Shown here piece by piece: positions 19,416 to 29,247 of a stretch of 64,000 bases of DNA (positions are counted from its first letter, which is position 1; the number at the start of each line of letters is the position of its first letter). Made by a program: the position numbers and the translations under genes. The notes below the pieces were generated by a model. It searched no databases and had not been told where the DNA came from. It was given only the letters and a program-made list of their open reading frames with translations. This DNA is from a virus: the IMG/VR virus record IMGVR_UViG_3300018080_000121, positions 1-64,000 of that record; one strand, written 5' to 3'.

Positions 19416-20399
19416 GTGAAGATAGAACAAACTCTGTGGGTAGAGAAATACAGACCTCGAACATTGAAAGAAGTGGCTTTATCTGAAGACCACTATCAGG
19501 AGTTTGGAAGGTTTTTAAAGAATAAAGAAATTCCAAACATTTTGTTGTCTGGACCAGCGGGAGGTGGAAAAACAACTCTCGCAAGAATTGTTACATCTAA
19601 AGCAGGCGTAATAAGTCAGAGAGATCATAATGTTTTGGAGATAAACGGTTCTGCAAAAGAAACTAGAGGTATTGATTTTGTAGATAAAGTAATTGAACCA
19701 TTTCTAAAAATCCCACCCGCAGGTCAAGATAAATATCGCATTGTTTTTATTGATGAGGGTGACAACTTAACGGAAGCAAGTTTCAGATCTCTTAGAGGCG
19801 TAATAGAAAAATATCAAGTAAAGTATGGGAGATTTATTCTTACTTGTAATTACCTCTCTAAAATTCCTGACCCAGTTCAGAGTCGTTTTGCAGTATATAT
19901 GTTTAAGCAACTCCCAATGGAATTTGTTGATAAATACTGCAAAGATATTCTGTCTAATGAAAAGGTTAAATATCAAGAAGAAGATCTGAAGTTTATAATT
20001 GATAATCTATATCCGGATGTTAGAAGGATAGTATATGAACTTCAACGACGCTCAATAAATGGAACTTTAAAAGTAAATAAAGATGTAGCTTTAACATCTG
20101 AGAAAGCAATCATTGGTTCGATTATTGAGATAGTTGGTTATTTAAAAGATAAGAAGCCACATAAAGTGAATAAACTCATGACTTCAATAATCAACTTACT
20201 TGATAAACAAGATCTTGAGTTTAGAAATATCTATGTCAATCTCTTTAATTCAAAACAAATTCCAGTCCCTGCAAAAGTATTAGTAAATAAATATTCTAGA
20301 GAACACCAATCATGTCTTGTCCCATCAATGCATTTCGCTGCTATGATAATGGAGATTATTCAATGCGTGAATCAGTACTACAGGAGTATTGAAAAATGA
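19416..20399 (+). CDS. Clamp loader AAA+ subunit (RFC / T4 gp44-like)
   Basis: LWVEKYRP, GPAGGGKTT, IDEGD, QSRF arginine finger. Confidence 0.92.
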   Translation: MKIEQTLWVEKYRPRTLKEVALSEDHYQEFGRFLKNKEIPNILLSGPAGGGKTTLARIVTSKAGVISQRDHNVLEINGSAKETRGIDFVDKVIEPFLKIPPAGQDKYRIVFIDEGDNLTEASFRSLRGVIEKYQVKYGRFILTCNYLSKIPDPVQSRFAVYMFKQLPMEFVDKYCKDILSNEKVKYQEEDLKFIIDNLYPDVRRIVYELQRRSINGTLKVNKDVALTSEKAIIGSIIEIVGYLKDKKPHKVNKLMTSIINLLDKQDLEFRNIYVNLFNSKQIPVPAKVLVNKYSREHQSCLVPSMHFAAMIMEIIQCVNQYYRSIEK

Positions 20400-20764
20400 A
20401 ATTGACACCATCGAAAATCCAGACTGCAGATCAAGTCCGAACCAGAATTAAAGCACTTGGTGAAGAAGGGTTTAGAAAATGTAATGGGTGTGGTGGTACT
20501 GGGTTAGCAGGAATAACAAAACATGATTCTGGGTTTATGTGGAATGGTGATTATTGTGAAAAGTGTGATGGTAGTGGATACCTTGATTGGGAAGATTCGC
20601 AGCTTTTTTTCATATGTGAGAAATGTAATGGGACGGGTAGAACTCAGAATTGGGGCATTTGTGAGGCGTGCGGAGGAGAAGGTACAATCGACTTCGTCCA
20701 AAGAGTTACAAGGGCGCATCTCTTACCCATGCAAGGAGTGTGTCATTCTACCAATGGGGTGTAG
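20396..20764 (+). CDS. DnaJ-type zinc-finger repeat protein
   Basis: Four CxxCxGxG repeats. Confidence 0.75.
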   Translation: MKLTPSKIQTADQVRTRIKALGEEGFRKCNGCGGTGLAGITKHDSGFMWNGDYCEKCDGSGYLDWEDSQLFFICEKCNGTGRTQNWGICEACGGEGTIDFVQRVTRAHLLPMQGVCHSTNGV

Positions 20765-20981
20765 TCAATTATGTAATCAGGTAACAAATGATGAAAAGTC
20801 ATTGATTGGGATTGTTGTACTTACTGGCTGTTGTCCTGATTGTGGAGGTGAATTAGAACTAAGTGAAGATGGAAAATTTCATGGTGATAGCACATATCAA
20901 CAATGTCAAGTATGCAAACATTTTTTTGCTGTCTATAAAGATCACGGAAAAACAATAAGAGTATTTAGGACATTTCACTAA
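20712..20981 (+). CDS. Cys-rich ORF segment, possibly a frameshifted continuation of 20396
   Basis: PCKECVILPMGCSQLC and CPDC...CQVC motifs; no convincing independent start. Confidence 0.45.
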   Translation, partial: GRISYPCKECVILPMGCSQLCNQVTNDEKSLIGIVVLTGCCPDCGGELELSEDGKFHGDSTYQQCQVCKHFFAVYKDHGKTIRVFRTFH

Positions 20982-21964
20982 TGACAGGAATTTACAAAGA
21001 AGGGTTTCTAGAGTATCTCGAGGAGAATTTAGGTGGTAAACCTCGAGTTAATGTAAAGAACATTATTTGTAAATGTCCCTGGTGTGATGTTGGTAGAACA
21101 ACCAGTAAAGATCACCTGTGGATTTCAATTGAAGCTCCGATCTTTAATTGTTTTAGAGCTGGATGTAAGCAGAGTGGAGTACTATCAAAACTACTTAATA
21201 AAATTGAAGGAAAAGATTCGTCAGGTAAATATGTAGACCAGGGTAAAATTAAATCTCTAGCAAAGAAACGACTAACATTAAAAAGAACAGTTTTTCGACC
21301 AAAGAGATTTATACTACCACAACTTGATGAACAAGTTTTTCATTATAAAGCATTGTATACAAGACAGAGATTCAAATTCGCCAAAGAGAATTTGAAGACT
21401 ATCAAAGGACTTATATTTGATGTAGACCAATTTTTTAGGATTAACAAAATAGAGCTGTCAGAAAAGGAGGAAGGACTACGACAGTATTTCCACACAAACT
21501 TTGTAGGTTTCATTTCTGAGTACCATACGAACCTGGTGTTGAGAAATGTAGATAAGAAATCTGATTTTAGATACTACAGAATGAAGCTGCAACAGTACCC
21601 ATTAACCGATTATTATAAACTAGACACTGGAAATTTTTTGTCTAAAATTGTAGTCTTAGCTGAGGGAATATATGACATATCAACCGAACATATATTTGAC
21701 TCATTAGGGTTAAGGAATAAAGCAAGATTATATGCAGCTACAATTTCATCGTCCTACCTTTCTCTCCTAAAAAGTATTGCATTCCATGAACAAATATTTC
21801 AACAAGATGTTCATATCTTATCAGATATTGATGTTGATTTAAGTTACTATAAAAAGTTAAAATATTATAATAAACATCTAATTAACACCTTAACGGTGTA
21901 TTACAATAGGTCTGGAAAAGACTTTAATGTTACACCAATTATCGTGGATAAGCAGGTAGTATAG
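20981..21964 (+). CDS. DNA primase-like (Zn finger + TOPRIM)
   Basis: CPWC...CFRAGC, VLAEGIYD, SDIDVD. Confidence 0.75.
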   Translation: MTGIYKEGFLEYLEENLGGKPRVNVKNIICKCPWCDVGRTTSKDHLWISIEAPIFNCFRAGCKQSGVLSKLLNKIEGKDSSGKYVDQGKIKSLAKKRLTLKRTVFRPKRFILPQLDEQVFHYKALYTRQRFKFAKENLKTIKGLIFDVDQFFRINKIELSEKEEGLRQYFHTNFVGFISEYHTNLVLRNVDKKSDFRYYRMKLQQYPLTDYYKLDTGNFLSKIVVLAEGIYDISTEHIFDSLGLRNKARLYAATISSSYLSLLKSIAFHEQIFQQDVHILSDIDVDLSYYKKLKYYNKHLINTLTVYYNRSGKDFNVTPIIVDKQVV

Positions 21965-21972
21965 GGAGGACT

Positions 21973-22368
21973 ATGAAGAAAGTATCTTTACAACAACGAA
22001 TTAAAGAAGCATTTGAAGATACAGTCGAGACAAATAATCTGAGGTATGATGGGACGATGTTAGACATTGATTATTTTGGATTATTTTGTAAAGCAACATC
22101 CAAGGATCGATTATTCAAATTCCTTGGCGCAAACGTCTGTATGTTCAATTGTTTACATGAGGATGATGAATCAGTATTGGTCATTTTTTCAATACCGATT
22201 AACTCAGACTCAAGTACAAAAAATATTGCTGATCGAGTGATGGAAATCACAGAAACAATGGAACGGTGTTTTACTACACTTGATTTCATCCAAGCTAAGG
22301 AAAAGAAAAATGATAAATTTGTATATGTGACAGTAATAAAAAAGTTGACCAGTCGAGAGGAGGATTAA
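21973..22368 (+). CDS. Hypothetical protein
   Basis: SD GGAGG; in replication operon. Confidence 0.7.
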   Translation: MKKVSLQQRIKEAFEDTVETNNLRYDGTMLDIDYFGLFCKATSKDRLFKFLGANVCMFNCLHEDDESVLVIFSIPINSDSSTKNIADRVMEITETMERCFTTLDFIQAKEKKNDKFVYVTVIKKLTSREED

Positions 22369-22572
22369 ATGCGAGGAACAAGAGCGAAGATGATCTTTAA
22401 TCTTGTATTACATCAAGACGATAATATGATTGAGACCATCAAACGTGAATGTTTTAGTGTTGGAGCTAACAAAGATAAAATGTTCAATGACCTTGAAGGT
22501 ACGCAAGTATACAAGTTAGCTAAGAGACTTTGGAGAAGGTTTGGAAAAAAAGATAAATGGGGAATCGCCTAA
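22369..22572 (+). CDS. Small basic hypothetical protein
   Basis: SD GAGGAGG. Confidence 0.6.
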   Translation: MRGTRAKMIFNLVLHQDDNMIETIKRECFSVGANKDKMFNDLEGTQVYKLAKRLWRRFGKKDKWGIA

Positions 22573-22587
22573 AAGGAGGTAGAAGGA

Positions 22588-23325
22588 ATGCAGCAAGTAG
22601 GTTTGAGCGCGGAACGTTATGAAGAGTTTTTGAGGTGTTTGGGAATTTTGAAAGACATTTGTAATGATGTTGATATACAAGAAGGGGTTGCTCGACAACG
22701 TACAAATGATAAAGCGACAGTATTTGAAATTATGTTGACATCGATTCTCGACGATTTGAGTATTCCATTGATCAATCTAAAACAAAAGTTGGATTTGTTA
22801 AAGATTTTTTCTGAACAAGAGGTTGAAATTACTGTAGAAGATGATGGGAGTTTTTCATTTTCTGACCAATATTCAACTCTACATTTCGATGGTCCTGATT
22901 TAGATTTTATGGATAACAAATTTCTTACCGATGAGGAACTTGATAGTATCTTTGTATTGAATGAAGAAGACATGATATTGAATACAGAACTATCAACGAC
23001 GATCTCTGAACGTATGAGAGTTATTGCTCAGGGGTTTAGTGTCAATACAACCCAAGTAGTTTTTGATGGTGAAACTGCTTCTATGACAATGCAAACTCAA
23101 AGTAAAGAGCAAACAGCAAAAATCATTTCTGATATTATGGCTGAGAGAGTTATGAATTGTACTAGCAGTTTGGTTAACACACCATTTATTATTGACCATG
23201 ATGGTGATATAATTTTCAAGATGTATAACTTTCAAGATAATGTTTGTTCCAATAAATGTTCTACAACCATAGGTGATATTGACATTAACATTTATAGCAG
23301 GAGTGCACTTACAGAGGTTGAATAA
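22588..23325 (+). CDS. Probable sliding clamp (PCNA / T4 gp45-like)
   Basis: 245-aa acidic two-domain protein near clamp loader and primase. Confidence 0.6.
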   Translation: MQQVGLSAERYEEFLRCLGILKDICNDVDIQEGVARQRTNDKATVFEIMLTSILDDLSIPLINLKQKLDLLKIFSEQEVEITVEDDGSFSFSDQYSTLHFDGPDLDFMDNKFLTDEELDSIFVLNEEDMILNTELSTTISERMRVIAQGFSVNTTQVVFDGETASMTMQTQSKEQTAKIISDIMAERVMNCTSSLVNTPFIIDHDGDIIFKMYNFQDNVCSNKCSTTIGDIDINIYSRSALTEVE

Positions 23326-23531
23326 TGCCACTTTATCATTGCAATCTTTGTCATCATGAGTGGGAGGGTCCTAAAGAGGAAAGTCCGAAATGTGATTGGT
23401 GTAAGGAGGGAAAGGGATGGGTATTACAGGAGGAAACTCCCTTGGAAAAGTTCTTGATCGAATTTTCCAAAGATCCGGAAAAGTTCTTACGGATGATCTC
23501 AGGAAGAGAAAATGTGAACTCAAAGACATAA
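23325..23531 (+). CDS. Zn-ribbon protein
   Basis: CNLCHHEW...CDWC; TAATG coupling. Confidence 0.6.
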   Translation: MPLYHCNLCHHEWEGPKEESPKCDWCKEGKGWVLQEETPLEKFLIEFSKDPEKFLRMISGRENVNSKT

Positions 23532-23860
23532 AAGCTAATTTTAAGGTTGATGTGAAGTTTAATGACTTTCGAGATTGGTTTGTAATGGAGAAAGATAAGG
23601 ATCGATTTAACAAAGTTCATAAAACTGAAATGTCAGTTTATGTTGAAGATATGTTAGCGGCTACTCACATGATCCCTATTAACTTTAAAAAGGTTACCGT
23701 TAAACTTACATTTTCTGTAACGAGACCTATACAACTAACTAAGTTTCGATGGTTAATACCTGAGATGGGAACAGATAGAACTTCTACCTTTGTTCCACCA
23801 ACGATGGTAGACCCTGGCGATACTATTAACTTTAATTGTGATTTAACAATGGATCTATAA
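23417..23860 (+). CDS. Hypothetical protein (start uncertain)
   Basis: Fills the gap before the exonuclease; the 5' part overlaps the previous gene. Confidence 0.4.
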   Translation: MGITGGNSLGKVLDRIFQRSGKVLTDDLRKRKCELKDIKANFKVDVKFNDFRDWFVMEKDKDRFNKVHKTEMSVYVEDMLAATHMIPINFKKVTVKLTFSVTRPIQLTKFRWLIPEMGTDRTSTFVPPTMVDPGDTINFNCDLTMDL

Positions 23861-23861
23861 T

Positions 23862-24998
23862 ATGCACCCATCAAGTATACTAAGCTACTACCCAACGTAC
23901 TCAATTTTAGACGAGATCATATCCTACAATGATTATGATGTAATTAACGTTTATGTAGATCTAAAGAATTGTCTACAAAGTATTTATATGGAACATACTA
24001 TTGTAAATATGGTCGAGTCTACAAAATTGAGTGGTCAACATGACACATCTGTGTTCACTTCATTATTATCCTTCCTATCATTCCATAGAGTGTATGCTGC
24101 TCGAAGAAATATTAAGATTAAGTTCTATATTTTTTATGAGAGTGGTAGGTCATATTATCATAATAATGTAAGTAAGAAGTATAAAGTGTCTAGACGAATA
24201 GATGACTTATATGGTTTGGACGCAGTAGATCGAAAAACATTTTTCGAAGTCATAAGAAATAATCTTGCTCTAATTGAAAATGCTGGTAATCGATTGCCTG
24301 ATATTAAGGTATTGAGATTACTAAATTTTGAAGCTGACTTTATTCCATATTATCTAACTACAAGAAAATTAGTTGAAACGGACCCAAATGTAGCTCATGT
24401 AGTTTACTCGAACGACCATGACCTATGTCAAACTGTAAATGATCATTGTTATATCTTTTCAAAAGTCCCTTATAAAAAGAGAATTATCAAAAAGGGTGAA
24501 GGGATGAAACAACAGTTGAAGTGTGACTGTGATCTTGGGGATGAAATTCAACCATTAGCAATGGCGATTATAGGCGATCCTGGAGATGATGTTGATGGGG
24601 TTAAAGGTGTTGGTCCAAAGCGATTCTTATCTAATGCTAAAGATTTATTAAAGATGACAGGAGGGATGGAACAACTATACGAAAATGTATTGAAGGGTAA
24701 ACAAATCTTCGACACTAAAGGAATTATCAAGAACAAATATATAAACAAGATACTTAGTGAAGAAGAAAAACGCAAACTTATTTCTAATAATCTTCGATTG
24801 GTTTCCTTTGAATTGATATCCAGATATTTTGATGATCCGGATACAACGGAAATGTTAGAGAGAAGAAAGAACTTACTGAAAGTATTGGATACAAACGACA
24901 TTGTTAAATTAGACCGAATGAGAGAAGTTCTAGAAATGAACAGAATAGACATTCAAGGGGATGATTTGGAGAATATATACCATGGTTATGGAGGGTAA
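23862..24998 (+). CDS. 5'-3' exonuclease / flap endonuclease (T4 RNase H-like)
   Basis: FEADF, SNDHDL, H3TH IIGDPGDDVDGVKGVGPK. Confidence 0.88.
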   Translation: MHPSSILSYYPTYSILDEIISYNDYDVINVYVDLKNCLQSIYMEHTIVNMVESTKLSGQHDTSVFTSLLSFLSFHRVYAARRNIKIKFYIFYESGRSYYHNNVSKKYKVSRRIDDLYGLDAVDRKTFFEVIRNNLALIENAGNRLPDIKVLRLLNFEADFIPYYLTTRKLVETDPNVAHVVYSNDHDLCQTVNDHCYIFSKVPYKKRIIKKGEGMKQQLKCDCDLGDEIQPLAMAIIGDPGDDVDGVKGVGPKRFLSNAKDLLKMTGGMEQLYENVLKGKQIFDTKGIIKNKYINKILSEEEKRKLISNNLRLVSFELISRYFDDPDTTEMLERRKNLLKVLDTNDIVKLDRMREVLEMNRIDIQGDDLENIYHGYGG

Positions 24999-25000
24999 TT

Positions 25001-25720
25001 ATGCTCAACCAATCCCGTGTCCTAGATTATATAAAGGACAATCTTGGGTTTCCATTCCAGCAGCTAGAATTTACAGACGATGACATTATAAACTATTTTG
25101 TAACTTATTCACTCAGAGAGTTTTCAGGGTATGTACCTGACGTAAACAAAATAGATCTTAATGTCAACGCTACACAATTACAAGTCCCTGGAAGACAAAA
25201 TGAATACTATCTTGTAGAACCGGACAATCTTGAGATAATGAATGTTATTGATGTGTATTATCCCGCTACTGATTTGTATATTCATGGTCATCCTGTTTAC
25301 GGACCATTCACACATTTTGAGTTGAGGGAATGGGCGCTGGCTACTGAGATGGCTAACGAGACCAAACAATTTTCTTCGTGGGACAAAACCTTTGCGTTTA
25401 AACATCCTAATATACTTCGTATATCACCTGTCCCTACCGACATAACACATTGTACAGTAGAGTACGAAAGAATACAACCACCTGATTTGGGAGGTATCCC
25501 AAATGAACATCAAGTCATATTTTGTGAATTTGCAATGGCGGATTGCATGATTAGAATTGGTCGTGTCAGAAAGAAATACGGTGACGGGAATATGCGCACA
25601 CCTTTTGGCGAAATCCCAGTCGGCGCAGAAATTTTTGATGAAGGTAAGGAGAAGAAACGAGAACTAATTGAGAGACTAGATAGGTTATACTTACCGAATG
25701 TGGTTATTGATCACGGATAG
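25001..25720 (+). CDS. Neck / head-completion protein (T4 gp13-like)
   Basis: YIKDNLGFP..LEFTDDDI N-terminus and RKKYG..MRTPFGEIPVG..IFDEG..KRELIERL C-terminus match the gp13 pattern. Confidence 0.7.
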   Translation: MLNQSRVLDYIKDNLGFPFQQLEFTDDDIINYFVTYSLREFSGYVPDVNKIDLNVNATQLQVPGRQNEYYLVEPDNLEIMNVIDVYYPATDLYIHGHPVYGPFTHFELREWALATEMANETKQFSSWDKTFAFKHPNILRISPVPTDITHCTVEYERIQPPDLGGIPNEHQVIFCEFAMADCMIRIGRVRKKYGDGNMRTPFGEIPVGAEIFDEGKEKKRELIERLDRLYLPNVVIDHG

Positions 25721-25729
25721 GAGTTTTGA

Positions 25730-26209
25730 ATGGAGAAATTTTTTGTTGGGGTCGACCCCAGTTTGACGGGAAATGCGATAGTTATTATTGACAACAAAGG
25801 AAATATCCACGACACAAAACTAGTCTCTACTCACAAAGAATGTTACCTTAATGGTGAACAAAGAGTACTAGATGTATTTAACGAGGTTAAATACATTGCA
25901 AATGTTTGTAGATTAGAGGCTGTATATATAGAAGGTCTTTCATACATGTCTGTAAGTCCAACATTGTTTGAAAGATGCGGTCTTCTATATTTAATCCTTA
26001 CGCATTTATTTGAGAGAGAAGTTCCCTATAAAATTGTCCCACCTACAACCTTGAAAAAATTTACAACAGATAATGGAAGAGCAGATAAAAAAGAAATGAT
26101 GAAAGTTGCTAAGAGTAGATGGGGTGTAGACTTTGAAGACGATAATATATGTGACGCATATTGTCTTGCTCGCATGGCTCTAAAGGAATCTACCAATGGC
26201 AACCGTTAA
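25730..26209 (+). CDS. RuvC-like Holliday junction resolvase
   Basis: GVDPSLT, YIEG, DDNICDA acidic triad. Confidence 0.85.
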   Translation: MEKFFVGVDPSLTGNAIVIIDNKGNIHDTKLVSTHKECYLNGEQRVLDVFNEVKYIANVCRLEAVYIEGLSYMSVSPTLFERCGLLYLILTHLFEREVPYKIVPPTTLKKFTTDNGRADKKEMMKVAKSRWGVDFEDDNICDAYCLARMALKESTNGNR

Positions 26210-26699
26210 ATTTGTAGTACATGATCATAAAGCAAGAAGAGCTGGATATCATCAAGATTTAAGATTTCAAGATCCAAAGAATATGAAAAATTGGTATAGT
26301 TTTGCTGTACCAAAGAAGGTACCACTCAATCCAGGTGAAAAGGTTCTTGCTATTCAAACTCATGTACATACAGAAGAGGAAGCTTTATTTCAAGGCGAGA
26401 TTCCCCCGAAAGAATATGGCGGTGGAATAATTACAGTATTTGATCAAGGTGTATGCAGAATAGAAAAACTAACCTCTGCACATATTGTGATACAATTTCA
26501 AGGAGCAAAAATTAAAGGGTTGTATCATATGGTATCCTTGGGAAATGTGAAGAAGTCTAAGTTTAAACAAAAACAATATCTTTTATTTAAGTCAAAAATG
26601 ACAGACTATCAACCTTTAAAGATTAAAGGAAGTTCGTTAGACACGATATTAAAAACAGGATCTAGATTTAGAATGTATCCTGGAGGTCGTATCGCATGA
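26196..26699 (+). CDS. Stand-alone LigD 3'-phosphoesterase domain
   Basis: FVVHDH...HQDLRF...SFAVPK...LAIQTHVH...GGGIITVFDQG. Confidence 0.8.
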   Translation: MATVKFVVHDHKARRAGYHQDLRFQDPKNMKNWYSFAVPKKVPLNPGEKVLAIQTHVHTEEEALFQGEIPPKEYGGGIITVFDQGVCRIEKLTSAHIVIQFQGAKIKGLYHMVSLGNVKKSKFKQKQYLLFKSKMTDYQPLKIKGSSLDTILKTGSRFRMYPGGRIA

Positions 26700-27019
26700 A
26701 AAAAATTAAAGAAACACTAAACGAAATATTTGTAGGGTCCGTTCAAGATCTGAAGAATGCGACTCCCGACAATAGAGATAAAGAGATTTTAAGAATGGCA
26801 ATAATTGCTGAACTAGATGCATCAAATCTTTATGAGCAGATGTCTGAGATTGCTATACACCCAGCAGTTAAAAAACTTCTACTAGATATATCAAAAGAAG
26901 AAAAAGTTCATGTGGGCGAATTTGAATTCTTATTAGAACGATTAGATCCAGAGCATGAGGAAAGCGAAGAAGAGGGAAAAGAAGAAGCTGAAGAGTTGAC
27001 ATCTGATCTATGGGGGTAA
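26696..27019 (+). CDS. Encapsulin-type ferritin-like protein (EncFtn/Flp)
   Basis: EILRMAIIAELDASNLYEQ and LLDISKEEKVHVGEF with ferroxidase E/Y/EExxH residues. Confidence 0.88.
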   Translation: MKKIKETLNEIFVGSVQDLKNATPDNRDKEILRMAIIAELDASNLYEQMSEIAIHPAVKKLLLDISKEEKVHVGEFEFLLERLDPEHEESEEEGKEEAEELTSDLWG

Positions 27020-27020
27020 G

Positions 27021-27419
27021 ATGAGCCGTTCAAAAGTAAAGAAGTACCTTGGAAATATCTTCCGAGAAGACGTTGGTGGGAAATCTATAAAAGATAAAAT
27101 TGTTAATTTCTTTGTAAAGAATCCATATCCGGATGATGATCAAGTTCATAAATTTGCAGAGAAAGAGGGAATCAATCCACATCGTCTGGAATCTTATATC
27201 TATTCTCTCTTGTCGGACTTTATTACTGGTGTTGGCAAACATGATCACATTCCAGATACTAAGTTTGATGCTAATGAATTGGAGATGGGAATTGAAGTAG
27301 AGAAGGAACATACAGATTCAGAAACCATCTCAAAATCAATCGCAAAAGACCATTTGATGGAATGTCCTACATATTACACTCGTCTCGCAAAGATGGAAAA
27401 AGAATGCGAAGAAAGATAG
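27021..27419 (+). CDS. DUF5661-like phage protein
   Basis: ELEMGIEVEKEHTD...IAKDHL.E.P.YYTRL. Confidence 0.65.
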   Translation: MSRSKVKKYLGNIFREDVGGKSIKDKIVNFFVKNPYPDDDQVHKFAEKEGINPHRLESYIYSLLSDFITGVGKHDHIPDTKFDANELEMGIEVEKEHTDSETISKSIAKDHLMECPTYYTRLAKMEKECEER

Positions 27420-27460
27420 AATCTTAAGTGAATTTGTTTGTTTCGTATTGAAAATAGAAT

Positions 27461-27498
27461 TTTTCTAGGTATATATAGAACAAATTAATACTAGAAAA
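27461..27498 (+). promoter_or_regulatory. Composite promoter region of the RNR gene (TATATATAG + AGAACAAA inside an 8-bp inverted repeat)
   Basis: TTTTCTAG 27461-27468 / CTAGAAAA 27491-27498 flank both motifs. Confidence 0.5.
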
Positions 27499-27519
27499 TT
27501 CTTAAAGGAGAAATGTTAT

Positions 27520-29247
27520 ATGGGAAAAGTTGTATTGTCGGATAACGCTACACAAGTTGCTGAAAGTAGATACTTTATGGACGGAGAAAATTGGATGTCA
27601 TGTACTCACCGCGTAGCAAGCGTGATATCAACACCAGAAAATGAACGACAAAAGTATCTGGATGCTTTCCATGAAATGATTCATAATATGGATTTTCTTC
27701 CTGGTGGAAGAATATTGAGAAATTGCGGGCGACCAAGGGGGTCGCTTTTTAACTGTTACCATCTCCCAATAGGTGATAGCATTGAGGAGATTGGTCAGTT
27801 AATTAAGGACGCATTAATTCTCTGGTCAGAAGGCGGTGGTGTTGGTGTAAACTTTTCACCATTACGACCAAGGGGAGATAAAATTTTTGGAAAGGGTGGA
27901 ACATCATCAGGTTTAGTCAGTTTTATCCAAGCTACGGATGCTGTTGCTGAGACCATTGAAAGTGGGGGAAGCAGAAGAGCAGCAGCTATCGCTCATGTAG
28001 ATGTGTCACATCCAGAGGTGATGGATTTTATTGACGCTAAGTTGGTGGATGGAAGGATCACACACTTTAATATTTCTGTATCTGTAAATGGCAAATTTCT
28101 TGAAGCAGTAGAAGCTGATGGGGATTGGGAATTCAAATTCAAACAGAGAAGTTATGGTAAGGTAAAAGCTAGAGTTATTTGGGATAAAATTGTTGAGAAT
28201 ATGGTAAAGTGTGCTGAACCAGGTTTAATCAACTGGGACAACTTTTCAAAGAACAACTCGTATTATTTTGAACCTGTATTGGGAACTAATCCCTGTGGAG
28301 AAACAACACTTGGACCTTATGGTGTATGCGACCTAGGTTCATTAGTTCTTCCAAATTTTATCACAGGTAAAGTAAACACAAATTGGCAAAAACTAGAAAG
28401 AACAATTAAACTTGCAGTAAGATTTTTAGACAACGTCATTGACGTTAATAAGTATACCTTAAAAGACATTGATATTAATGCCCATAAATCTAGGAGAATT
28501 GGGATTGGAGTACTTGGGCTTGCAGAATATTTATTTGCAAAGAAATTGAGATATGGGAGTGAAAGAGCAATTACAGAAATTGAAAGATTGATGCAATTCA
28601 TTAGAAATGCTTGTTATGTAGCTTCAATTGAACTAGCAGCAGAAAAAGGTTCATTCCCTGCATTTGATCCTATTCAACATAAGAAAGCTTCGTTCGTAAG
28701 AAAACTTCCCGCCAGAATTCGAGCAGACATAAAGAACTTTGGTATTAGGAATACCACGTTAATGGCGATTGCTCCAAATGGTACGATCTCCCTTTTAGCT
28801 GACTATACAGGTAGTGGGGAACCACTATTTGCTAAAGCGTATATGCGACATGACCGTGTTGGAGATAGAATGTATATTCATCCTATCTATGAAGAGATGT
28901 TAAAATCAAGAGAAGAAATTCCAAATTGGTTTGTAGATACATTTGATTTATCTCCTACTGATCATTTTGAAGTTCAGGTCGCGCTACAGAAATATAATGA
29001 TGGGTCGGTTTCGAAAACAATCAATTTACCACATGAAACTACCCCAGATGAGCTGAGTGCCTTATTGTTAGAGTACATTACAGATCTGAAAGGTGTTACC
29101 GTCTATCGAGACGGATGTAGAGATGGACAACCACTTCGCCGTGTTACAGAGGAGGATGCTCGAGCCTACCTAGAGAAAAATGGAAAGATTGAGTCAAATC
29201 GAACAGAGGATGATGTTCGTTGTGTGAATGGTTCATGTGAATTATAA
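27520..29247 (+). CDS. nrdJ: Class II (adenosylcobalamin-dependent) ribonucleotide reductase
   Basis: PGGRIL, NPCGE, CDLGS, APNGTIS, C-terminal CVNGSC; no beta subunit gene nearby. Confidence 0.88.
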   Translation: MGKVVLSDNATQVAESRYFMDGENWMSCTHRVASVISTPENERQKYLDAFHEMIHNMDFLPGGRILRNCGRPRGSLFNCYHLPIGDSIEEIGQLIKDALILWSEGGGVGVNFSPLRPRGDKIFGKGGTSSGLVSFIQATDAVAETIESGGSRRAAAIAHVDVSHPEVMDFIDAKLVDGRITHFNISVSVNGKFLEAVEADGDWEFKFKQRSYGKVKARVIWDKIVENMVKCAEPGLINWDNFSKNNSYYFEPVLGTNPCGETTLGPYGVCDLGSLVLPNFITGKVNTNWQKLERTIKLAVRFLDNVIDVNKYTLKDIDINAHKSRRIGIGVLGLAEYLFAKKLRYGSERAITEIERLMQFIRNACYVASIELAAEKGSFPAFDPIQHKKASFVRKLPARIRADIKNFGIRNTTLMAIAPNGTISLLADYTGSGEPLFAKAYMRHDRVGDRMYIHPIYEEMLKSREEIPNWFVDTFDLSPTDHFEVQVALQKYNDGSVSKTINLPHETTPDELSALLLEYITDLKGVTVYRDGCRDGQPLRRVTEEDARAYLEKNGKIESNRTEDDVRCVNGSCEL

